Source of the DNA: an uncultured virus (IMG/VR IMGVR_UViG_3300046524_000154)
Taxonomy: Duplodnaviria; Heunggongvirae; Uroviricota; Caudoviricetes
Virus record (IMG/VR): IMGVR_UViG_3300046524_000154
DNA: 64,000 nucleotides
Direction: 5' to 3' (one strand)
Shown: piece by piece, positions 45,447-52,693 of the stretch
Layout of the letters: every line of letters begins with the position of its first letter
How positions within the stretch are numbered: position 1 is the stretch's first letter
Position numbers and translations under genes: made by a program
Notes under the pieces: generated by a model
Told to the model about the DNA's origin: nothing
The model's input: only the letters and a program-made list of their open reading frames with translations
Database searches by the model: none

Positions 45447-46331
45447 ATGTGGGAACTCCAATACCTCAACCTCCTGCGCGACCTGCTGCTCGACGGTGAC
45501 GAGATCAAAAACGACCGCACCGGAGTCGGCACTTATAGCCTGTTCGGCCGCCAGATCAAGGTCGATCTTCAGCAAGAATTTCCGCTCATGACCACCAAGC
45601 GCGTCGCCTGGAGATCGGTCGTCGGCGAGCTGTTCTGGATGCTGGAGGGTTCGACGAGCGCCAAGCGCCTGCGCGAGCACTACGGCACGACGATCTGGGA
45701 CGAATGGCAGGACGCAGCCGGCGAGCTGGGGCCGGTGTACGGCAAGCAGTGGCGCGCGTGGGAGGGCATCGGCGGCCAGAAGATCGACCAGATATCGGAG
45801 CTGCTCGTGAACCTCAAGGAGCGCCCGTACAGCCGTCGCCACGTGATCAGCGCGTGGGACGTGGGCGCGCTTCCTGACGAGAAGATCAGCCCGCAGCTGA
45901 ACGTCGCAGCCGGCCAGATGGCTCTCGCGCCGTGCCACTGCCTGTTCCAGTTCCGCGCGCGCCCGAACGGTCTGCTCGATCTGCAACTCTACCAACGCAG
46001 CTGTGACATCTTCCTCGGCGTGCCGTTCAACCTCGCGTCGTACGCGCTGCTATGCCACATCGTATCCCACATTGTGGGATTGAAGCCGGGCCAGTTTATC
46101 TGGACGGGCGGCGACGTCCACCTCTATTCGAACCATCGCGAGCAAGCTATCGAGCAGCTGCGTCGGAAGCCCAGCCTCGGCGCGGAAGCCTCAGTCTCGA
46201 TCGCGCGCGGGATTGGCTATTCACGTCAAGACTTCAGCAGCCTCCAGGAACTGCTTGAATTCGGCACCTCTGCAGTACGTCTTACGGGGTACGAGCCGCA
46301 AGCAGCCATTAAAGCTGCGGTAGCTATCTGA
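45447..46331 (+). CDS. thyA: thymidylate synthase
   Basis: DRTGVGT, LGPVYGKQWR, SRR, MALAPCH, QRSCDIFLGVPFN, GDVHLY. Confidence 0.96.
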   Translation: MWELQYLNLLRDLLLDGDEIKNDRTGVGTYSLFGRQIKVDLQQEFPLMTTKRVAWRSVVGELFWMLEGSTSAKRLREHYGTTIWDEWQDAAGELGPVYGKQWRAWEGIGGQKIDQISELLVNLKERPYSRRHVISAWDVGALPDEKISPQLNVAAGQMALAPCHCLFQFRARPNGLLDLQLYQRSCDIFLGVPFNLASYALLCHIVSHIVGLKPGQFIWTGGDVHLYSNHREQAIEQLRRKPSLGAEASVSIARGIGYSRQDFSSLQELLEFGTSAVRLTGYEPQAAIKAAVAI

Positions 46332-46383
46332 AGGAATTCACTAAGGAACTGTTAAGTCTCAGCAGGTACTCTTTGAGGCGACC

Positions 46384-46412
46384 AAGCCCGCAGAAGTATC
46401 ACGCGGGCTTTT
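46384..46412 (+). terminator. terminator ending the replication operon
   Basis: AAGCCCGC-N11-GCGGGCTT-TT. Confidence 0.65.
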
Positions 46413-46546
46413 AAACAACCAGGTAAATATCGGTTAAGGAATTCCTGACCTAACAAATAAGGTATTCCTGACTGAACAGTTACGGTAAATTTCGCACCAA
46501 CCTAGCGCGGCTCTGCCTCGCACAACTAAGAAAGAGGGTTCAAAGA

Positions 46547-46885
46547 ATGATATCGGCAATGGAAATCGAGCAGCTGGAAGCGTTACGGGACGGGCTTGTG
46601 GAGGATTCTGACTCTGATAAAATCCGCCTCGGCCGAGCTTTAGGGGCGCTGCTAGAAGCTCATGAGGAACTAAAGAAGCCTCACGTTCAGGCTCTAGCTG
46701 AGCCTAAACTTCAATTGGACTATCAGCGGGTCTTGGAATTAAAGAGCTTAGCTGGTAGTCTCTCGGCCTCTGCAGTCTCCGCAGGTCGCAAAGACATTCC
46801 CGACGAGACTCACAAGGAAGCCTTGATGGCATCAGTACGCACGGCCAGTGCTGAGATCATCAGGATTGTGGAAAGTGAGTCGTAG
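46547..46885 (+). CDS. hypothetical protein, AT-richer moron-like gene
   Basis: GAGGG RBS; many A/T-ending codons, unlike its neighbours. Confidence 0.6.
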   Translation: MISAMEIEQLEALRDGLVEDSDSDKIRLGRALGALLEAHEELKKPHVQALAEPKLQLDYQRVLELKSLAGSLSASAVSAGRKDIPDETHKEALMASVRTASAEIIRIVESES

Positions 46886-46996
46886 TGCGTAGGGTGTGTT
46901 TCTTTGTGCGGAGGGTCGCAGACTGGGTGGTTCGCCGACCGTATTCTGGTCGGCGGCCTAGGTAGGGGATGGCGCCGCAGGATTGTTAATGCGTTG

Positions 46997-47584
46997 CTAC
47001 ATGGCCGGGGGTTGCGCCGATGTGGGTGGGACTGCGTCGGCGCTTTTTTTCGTCCCTACGCCCGGCAAGGCGCCGGTGCAAATCCGACGGTCTTCCGCGA
47101 TGATAGCCTGAAGGGCTGTGATCGTAGCGATGTTGACGTCGGCGGCACCGAACTGGCCGGTGTTGAATTCAGAAAGTTTTGCCAGTCGTTCAAGAAATGC
47201 GGCGTCATTGGCTGCATCAGATCCGCCGGTGCCGGCTGTAGAGCTGGACACGAGAGCTGCGGTGCTACGGGCGCCGGTGAGGTACCCGCGCAGCTGCAGA
47301 GAAAGACGCTGATTGTCAGCAAGCAAAGCGTCACGGCGTTTAGTCGTTTCATCTATGGTCCCCTTCTGGTCCTGAACAATCTTCGCGAGCGCAGCGCTCT
47401 GCTGCCGCTCCTGTACCAGCAACTCCCCTTTGTTGTCCGCGACCTGCGTCTCGGCCTTGGAGCCCTGCTGCGACTTGTATGCCTCGAATACGAGGCTCTC
47501 GTTGTGATGCCCCCACCCGTAGCACCCGAAACACAGCCCGATCACAAGCACTATCTCGGCGACAATGGCGTATGGCTTTAGCAT
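46997..47584 (-). CDS. i-spanin (Rz-like)
   Basis: N-terminal TM helix (MLKPYAIVAEIVLVIGLCFGCY) plus coiled coil; ALQA near the C-terminus; downstream of the endolysin. Confidence 0.8.
   Translation of the reverse strand: MLKPYAIVAEIVLVIGLCFGCYGWGHHNESLVFEAYKSQQGSKAETQVADNKGELLVQERQQSAALAKIVQDQKGTIDETTKRRDALLADNQRLSLQLRGYLTGARSTAALVSSSTAGTGGSDAANDAAFLERLAKLSEFNTGQFGAADVNIATITALQAIIAEDRRICTGALPGVGTKKSADAVPPTSAQPPAM
47056..47352 (-). CDS. o-spanin (Rz1-like lipoprotein) embedded in the i-spanin
   Basis: Lipoprotein signal with lipobox LCSC, Pro-rich mature part, different reading frame inside Rz. Confidence 0.8.
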   Translation of the reverse strand: MKRLNAVTLCLLTISVFLCSCAGTSPAPVAPQLSCPALQPAPADLMQPMTPHFLNDWQNFLNSTPASSVPPTSTSLRSQPFRLSSRKTVGFAPAPCRA

Positions 47585-47588
47585 GGTG

Positions 47589-47855
47589 TTACCCCGGTGT
47601 GTCTGTCTTCTGCTTCTGAGCGATGCCAATGGCAGCTGCGCACAGGCCCGTGAGCATCGCACACACGGCTGTGCCGAAATCTACGGCGTTGAAGTGGTGC
47701 TCGGGCGACGCGTAGACGCTGTACACCGTGCAGCCGATGAGCGTAGGCAGCGTCGAGCCGCCTACGGCCAGCACGATCACCCGCGTCACGTCGACGCTCT
47801 TGCCGTCGTTCTCCGTGATGCAGTCCTTGAGGACTTTTTTCAGGGTGGCGAACAT
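47589..47855 (-). CDS. putative holin
   Basis: 88 aa with two hydrophobic segments, between endolysin and spanins. Confidence 0.6.
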   Translation of the reverse strand: MFATLKKVLKDCITENDGKSVDVTRVIVLAVGGSTLPTLIGCTVYSVYASPEHHFNAVDFGTAVCAMLTGLCAAAIGIAQKQKTDTPG

Positions 47856-47856
47856 G

Positions 47857-48390
47857 TCACGCCCCCGACCAGTTGACGCCGAACTGCGCGCCCAGACCCT
47901 TGAGCCTGTTGGTCCAGCCCGACAGGAACTTCTTCTGCGTCGCATCCTTGGCGCAGATGTCGCAATAGAAGCGATAGCGCGCGTCGAGGTACTGATCGGC
48001 CAGCGTCAGCGGCTGGTATGAGGCGACCGCGCCCATCGTCTTCGGGCCGACCACGCCGTCCTTGGTGAGGCCCATCGTCCCCTGCAGCGTCATGAGCGCC
48101 TGCTTCGGGCTGCTGTTCACGGCCATGTCGAACAGGATCGCGTCGATCGGCGCGGGGAAGCGGTCGCACTGCGCCGCGCCCCAGAAATCTTCCCAGTACA
48201 GCTGCGTGGCCTCGCCGACGGTGATCACCGTGACGGGCTGCTGCGGGAGGTGGTGGCTCGCGCGCCACGCGTCGTACGTGCGCTGCGTGACGCCCATATT
48301 GGTCAGGCCGCCGTGGTCGGCCGCGTCGTTGGATACGCCGCCCTCGATGCCGAGAACGAGTTTGAGTGCGAGCAGGAAGCGTGGTGTCAT
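47857..48390 (-). CDS. endolysin, glycoside hydrolase family 108
   Basis: EGG.SND..D.GG.TNMGVT, FDMAVNS, DG.VGPKT, KF..GW.NR. Confidence 0.92.
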   Translation of the reverse strand: MTPRFLLALKLVLGIEGGVSNDAADHGGLTNMGVTQRTYDAWRASHHLPQQPVTVITVGEATQLYWEDFWGAAQCDRFPAPIDAILFDMAVNSSPKQALMTLQGTMGLTKDGVVGPKTMGAVASYQPLTLADQYLDARYRFYCDICAKDATQKKFLSGWTNRLKGLGAQFGVNWSGA

Positions 48391-48776
48391 GAGCGACCTC
48401 TGTTGGCAGGGTTGATGATCGAATCAATGCGCCCGTTCAGCGCGTTTAGCCCCGTCCTCGTCTCCCGCTGGTTTTCCTTCATCAGGTCACTCAGCGCGAC
48501 CAGCGTCTGGTCCAGACTGGTCATCACCTGGGTGAGCGCCGGCTGCGTGATGAAGTCCCGATACGCCTGCTTCTCGAACACGGCCTGCTTCAGCTCGATC
48601 TCGGCTTTGTCCTTCTCGTGCTGGAGTTGGAAGTCCGTCAGCGCTTTCGACTGACTCGCGTTGGTGTCTTCGAGCTTGGTGATCCGTTTCTGGTGCGTGA
48701 CCCACAAATAGCCGGTCGCTGCAGAGATCACGGGCACCACAATTGCGCCGATTCCGACGACGATCGTGAGGTCCAT
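48387..48776 (-). CDS. membrane-anchored coiled-coil protein (holin/antiholin candidate)
   Basis: Single N-terminal TM helix, overlaps the endolysin start. Confidence 0.55.
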   Translation of the reverse strand: MDLTIVVGIGAIVVPVISAATGYLWVTHQKRITKLEDTNASQSKALTDFQLQHEKDKAEIELKQAVFEKQAYRDFITQPALTQVMTSLDQTLVALSDLMKENQRETRTGLNALNGRIDSIINPANRGRS

Positions 48777-48878
48777 CTTTTCGGTCCTGTTCTGGGTTAG
48801 CCGGGGTGGGGCGGCTGACCCGGAGTTTACAGGACAACGAACATTTCGTAACACAGTTTATTCGGACTGCAGACTATC

Positions 48879-49106
48879 TCAGGGCGGTGAAACGGCCACT
48901 CCCAGCGCTGCAAACCACGCAATGCACTCAGGCGAATACTTGAACAGGTGCGTCGTAACCTGCAGCATGAAGCTGGTTTCGTATTGCGCGGCCGGCGCGC
49001 AATCGCGCGAGAAGTTGCGCGCCGCTTCGAGCAGGCCGAACACTTCCTCGTGAAGCACCGGGTCTTCGAGCTGCGCGATCGCGGCGAATATCTGAGTCGA
49101 GTCCAT
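48879..49106 (-). CDS. hypothetical protein
   Basis: AAGG RBS, ORF directly after the oxidoreductase. Confidence 0.6.
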   Translation of the reverse strand: MDSTQIFAAIAQLEDPVLHEEVFGLLEAARNFSRDCAPAAQYETSFMLQVTTHLFKYSPECIAWFAALGVAVSPP

Positions 49107-49113
49107 GTCGGCC

Positions 49114-51228
49114 TTAGTTGTAGTAGAGCGGAACCAGCGCCGCAGCGTCGGCCACCACGTAGCCTGTCGTGCCGGTGTTGCTCACCACCAGCTTGTTAGT
49201 GGCCGGCGAGCCCGCTGTGAATGCGTAGGTGCCGATCAACTTCCACGAGCCCGAGTTGATCTGGTTCACGTTGACGACCGTCTGCGCGACGCCGGATGCG
49301 GTGACTGTGTGCGGTACCGCGCCCGCGCGTGTCGAACTCTCGGGGAAGAACGCGTAGACCTGATAGGTGCCGGCCTTCGCGAGATTGAACTGGAACTGGA
49401 CCGTGCATGAGCCCTTGCTGGTCGCGTCGTCAGACAGGTAGGTCGGGCCATAGATCGAGGCTTCAGCGAACGTAGCCAGCGTCTGCGTCTCCAGCCACGT
49501 GCCGGCGACCACGATCTGACCGTTGCCTGCCGGGTCCGCATACGTGCCCGGAACGTTGCCGCCTTGGGGAATGTCCAGCACGATCGCGCCGGGCGGCGCC
49601 ATGCCGAGCGCCTCGCGGATCTTGTACGGGTCGATGGCCTGCACGGTGGTCGCGAGGTCGATCGCGCGGGCCGCAGCGAACCCGGCGATTTCACCCAGCT
49701 GCATCGCGATCGGCTCGACGCGGATCGAGGCAAACGCTGCGTGCGAGGCCGACACCGCGAACGTCGCCAGCAGGTTCGTGCACTGCGTGACCTTCGGGCA
49801 CAGCGCGCGATAGCTGATCCAGTAGCGACCATCCTGCCCACCGGCCGCTGTCTTCTGGAAGAAGCCGCCTTCGAGCGCGACGTAGCCGCCCGCCACAACC
49901 ATCTGGCAGTGGTGCGAGTCCATCGCATAGAAGCCGACCGCCACGCCGTCAGTCACCGGGTCGATGCGCTGGCAGTGACGATCGGTCATCACGAAGTCGC
50001 CGATCATGCGCCTGCCTTCGCGTACGTACAGCTGCTTGGGCAGCCCGTGGCGCGTCGGTACCTGAGCATAGGGCGGCAGCCCGAAGCCCGCCAGCGTCGT
50101 TTTAATGGCCGTCGGCACGCGCGAATCCTCACGCAGGAACTTGAACAGCCCGAGGGTCCAGTCGACGTGCTGCTGGTAGATCACCGCGCGCTGTGCGTAG
50201 GTCGCCGTCGGCCACGCGTCGGCGCCGCCGATGAAGTCCAGCTGCTGCAGCGCTGAGCCTGCGTTCAGGTCCGTCACACCGTCCTTGCACAGGTGGTCAT
50301 TGAACAGGCCGGGCGGGCTGCTGTTATCGCTCCACGCGGTGATGTGGCCCGCAGCGAACTGGCGGCCAAGCACCTCGTAGTTCAGCGCGCTGTAGGTCGT
50401 CGGCTCGGGGAACTTCCGGTACGTGCCGGGGCCGCCCGTGGTGGGCACGACGCTGATGCGGAACCCGTACGCCTGCACGCGACTATCGCCGGTACCGACC
50501 GCTGCGGACGCGGCGTTGATGCCCGGCAGCCGGCCGGATGCGGGCACGCCCGGCGTCACGTACGGATCGATCTGCCATGCGCCGGCCTTGTTGTAGACCG
50601 CCACCACCCCGTTGTACGTCTCGTTGTACTGACTGTTTGGCTCACGACCGACGGTGAACGAGCAGCCGGCAGCCGCCATCAGGTCACCTTCGTACGTGCT
50701 GTCGACGTACTGTGCAGCCGTGACCGTCAGCTTCGGCGCGGTGGTCGGCAGCAGCGCATCCTCGAACTGCACGGAGTTGATCACGGTGCCGGTCTTGCTC
50801 ACGCCGGTCGGGATCACCCGATAGTTGTTTCGGATTGTCAGGCGGCTCGCGGAGATCATCGCCTGGATCTGCGCGATGAACACCTTGGCCGAGCCGTTCA
50901 GGCTTTGCCCCCAGTACGTCGGGTAGTCAGTCGCGTTGGCCGTGTAATTGTTGCTCCAGATCGCGCGGTACAGCGCGTTCGTGAGCCCCTTCAGCACGTT
51001 GCAGTCGCCGCCCGCACGGTCGGTATAGATCAGGCCGCCCATCGCCGGCATCCCGGCGAAGGTCGAGTCGGGGTTGACCAGCTCAACCGTCTTGCCGTTC
51101 TGCACGGCCGAGATCGCGGCCATGATGCCGCTGGCCGTGGCGCCGTACACGCACACGTCCACGTTGCGCGTCGCGTAAAGCGAGTCGGCCTGCCTCTTGG
51201 TAATCGCCGGTGCGTCAAATCCGCTCAT
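49114..51228 (-). CDS. FAD-dependent oxidoreductase-family protein with a C-terminal golvesin/xanthan-lyase CBM-like domain
   Basis: DVCVYGATASGIMAA Rossmann fold; DSTYEGDLMAAAG, GRE, YVREGRRM.G, DSH, SASH.AF.SIR.EP; C-terminal G.Y.V...W..IGTY.F......V.ADA. Confidence 0.85.
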   Translation of the reverse strand: MSGFDAPAITKRQADSLYATRNVDVCVYGATASGIMAAISAVQNGKTVELVNPDSTFAGMPAMGGLIYTDRAGGDCNVLKGLTNALYRAIWSNNYTANATDYPTYWGQSLNGSAKVFIAQIQAMISASRLTIRNNYRVIPTGVSKTGTVINSVQFEDALLPTTAPKLTVTAAQYVDSTYEGDLMAAAGCSFTVGREPNSQYNETYNGVVAVYNKAGAWQIDPYVTPGVPASGRLPGINAASAAVGTGDSRVQAYGFRISVVPTTGGPGTYRKFPEPTTYSALNYEVLGRQFAAGHITAWSDNSSPPGLFNDHLCKDGVTDLNAGSALQQLDFIGGADAWPTATYAQRAVIYQQHVDWTLGLFKFLREDSRVPTAIKTTLAGFGLPPYAQVPTRHGLPKQLYVREGRRMIGDFVMTDRHCQRIDPVTDGVAVGFYAMDSHHCQMVVAGGYVALEGGFFQKTAAGGQDGRYWISYRALCPKVTQCTNLLATFAVSASHAAFASIRVEPIAMQLGEIAGFAAARAIDLATTVQAIDPYKIREALGMAPPGAIVLDIPQGGNVPGTYADPAGNGQIVVAGTWLETQTLATFAEASIYGPTYLSDDATSKGSCTVQFQFNLAKAGTYQVYAFFPESSTRAGAVPHTVTASGVAQTVVNVNQINSGSWKLIGTYAFTAGSPATNKLVVSNTGTTGYVVADAAALVPLYYN

Positions 51229-51235
51229 AGGTTTC

Positions 51236-51634
51236 TCAGGTAACGATGAGGGCAGGGCCGACAGCAGCGCCCGAGATCGGGTCGCGGGTCACGAGCGCCT
51301 GGGTGACAGTCTTGTTCACGCCGCTCAGCGAGTAGGTCACGTGCCATGCATCGATCGCGCCGGGCCACGCCGTCGACAAGGCGTCTGCCGTGAACGTGCC
51401 GGTGCCACCATCAGGCCACACAACCGAAGCGGTCAGCAGCGCTCCGTTGGCGTCGCGCGTCGCAGCCGTCGGCGTCCATGACGGGCTGGCTGCCCACGCC
51501 TTCAGGTTGGCGGTCAGCTGCGTCGCGATGAGGCCGGTCGAAGACTGCGCCGCGTTCAACGAACTCTGGGCCGCAGCGAGCGCGCTCTGAGCTGCCGCCA
51601 GTGCACTCTCGGCCGCGTTATCGGCGTCACTCAT
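51236..51634 (-). CDS. tail-fibre-associated protein
   Basis: Ala-rich helical N-terminus; RDANGA...VVWPDG..GT...GAIDA..VTY..VTQ..VTRD module seen in phage tail proteins. Confidence 0.55.
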   Translation of the reverse strand: MSDADNAAESALAAAQSALAAAQSSLNAAQSSTGLIATQLTANLKAWAASPSWTPTAATRDANGALLTASVVWPDGGTGTFTADALSTAWPGAIDAWHVTYSLSGVNKTVTQALVTRDPISGAAVGPALIVT

Positions 51635-51680
51635 TAGGTTCCCCGGAATTTATAGGATAACGAATGTTTCGTACTGCGTT

Positions 51681-52175
51681 TTACTTGGATACGAGAACAT
51701 CGGCAGTACCAATCATCTGCACTACAGAGTAGTTATTGTAAGCCGCCGCCACGCGCGCGAGCGCGACATAGAACGCATTCGGATCCAGCCTCCACGACTG
51801 GGTGAAACCGAGCGCGGCGCCGACCGCCTCGGAGCAGAACTCCTGGTTCGGCTTCTCGTGAATGAAGCCACACACGAAGTGCGCGTCGCCCCAGCAGTCG
51901 TACTTGTCGCCGTCGTGCTGCTCGAACCACTTGCGCGCGGCAGGCTCATCGAAACCCTTGCTGAGATCGATGAAGTCCCACTGGCCGTTCGTGAAGTCGA
52001 TCGAGCCGGGCGCAGCGATCCGTACGCCGCCCTCAAGGAACGTCGACGACGCGGCGCTCCCATCACTGAAGATCAGCTCGCAGTGCGCATAGTCGCCCGC
52101 TTCCCACTCGTGCACGCCGATGTCGAACAGTGCGGCCAGACCGGGCTTGGTGCCCTTGTAGAAAGCGGCTCTCAT
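51681..52175 (-). CDS. permuted papain-like NlpC/P60 (YiiX-like) protein
   Basis: YAHCEL (His first), KYD, FCSE (Cys last). Confidence 0.75.
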   Translation of the reverse strand: MRAAFYKGTKPGLAALFDIGVHEWEAGDYAHCELIFSDGSAASSTFLEGGVRIAAPGSIDFTNGQWDFIDLSKGFDEPAARKWFEQHDGDKYDCWGDAHFVCGFIHEKPNQEFCSEAVGAALGFTQSWRLDPNAFYVALARVAAAYNNYSVVQMIGTADVLVSK

Positions 52176-52693
52176 TAGCTCACCTGTGAAAGTATCGCGG
52201 CGATCTGCGCGAGGATGTTGTCGTGCACGCTTTGCGCGGCGGCTGCGTCAGCTGCGGCGAGGATCTCGTACTTGCGCATGCGCTGCGCGCCGATCGCAGC
52301 TAATGCGCCGTTCAGCGCTGCGGCCTGCGACAGGATCAGATCGGCCGCCTGCTGGTTCGTGTTGCCGGAGACTGTGGCGAAGCCGGTCACATAGATACCG
52401 GGGTCGCCGGTGTAGCCAGCCGCCTTGAACGCGGAGGCCGCAGCCTCACGCGCCTGGTACTCGGCCTGAAAGCGCGTCCACGAGCTGTACGCAGTGGCGA
52501 CCTGCGCGTCGATGTCGTCGGACAGGGTCTGCTTGATGTCGGCGAGGCCCGGTACCGGGACGGGCGTAGGGACGCCGCCCGCCGCGACCCAGTCTAGGTA
52601 GGCGGCGTAGTCGCTGTTCGCGGGGTCGCACGGGATGTGCGCACCATCGTCGCGCACCACACATCCGTAGGTGGTCAGGGCGTAAGTAGTCAT
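52175..52693 (-). CDS. tail fibre assembly protein
   Basis: DGA.IP.DPANSDY..YL.WVA.G motif; directly after the fibre gene. Confidence 0.75.
   Translation of the reverse strand: MTTYALTTYGCVVRDDGAHIPCDPANSDYAAYLDWVAAGGVPTPVPVPGLADIKQTLSDDIDAQVATAYSSWTRFQAEYQAREAAASAFKAAGYTGDPGIYVTGFATVSGNTNQQAADLILSQAAALNGALAAIGAQRMRKYEILAAADAAAAQSVHDNILAQIAAILSQVS

Noticed and set aside
45447..46331. ThyA as a dCMP/dUMP hydroxymethylase implying hypermodified DNA
   Set aside because: It keeps the canonical dUMP-specifying Asn (GVPFN) and full ThyA motifs, and no glycosyl- or amino-transferase genes are nearby.
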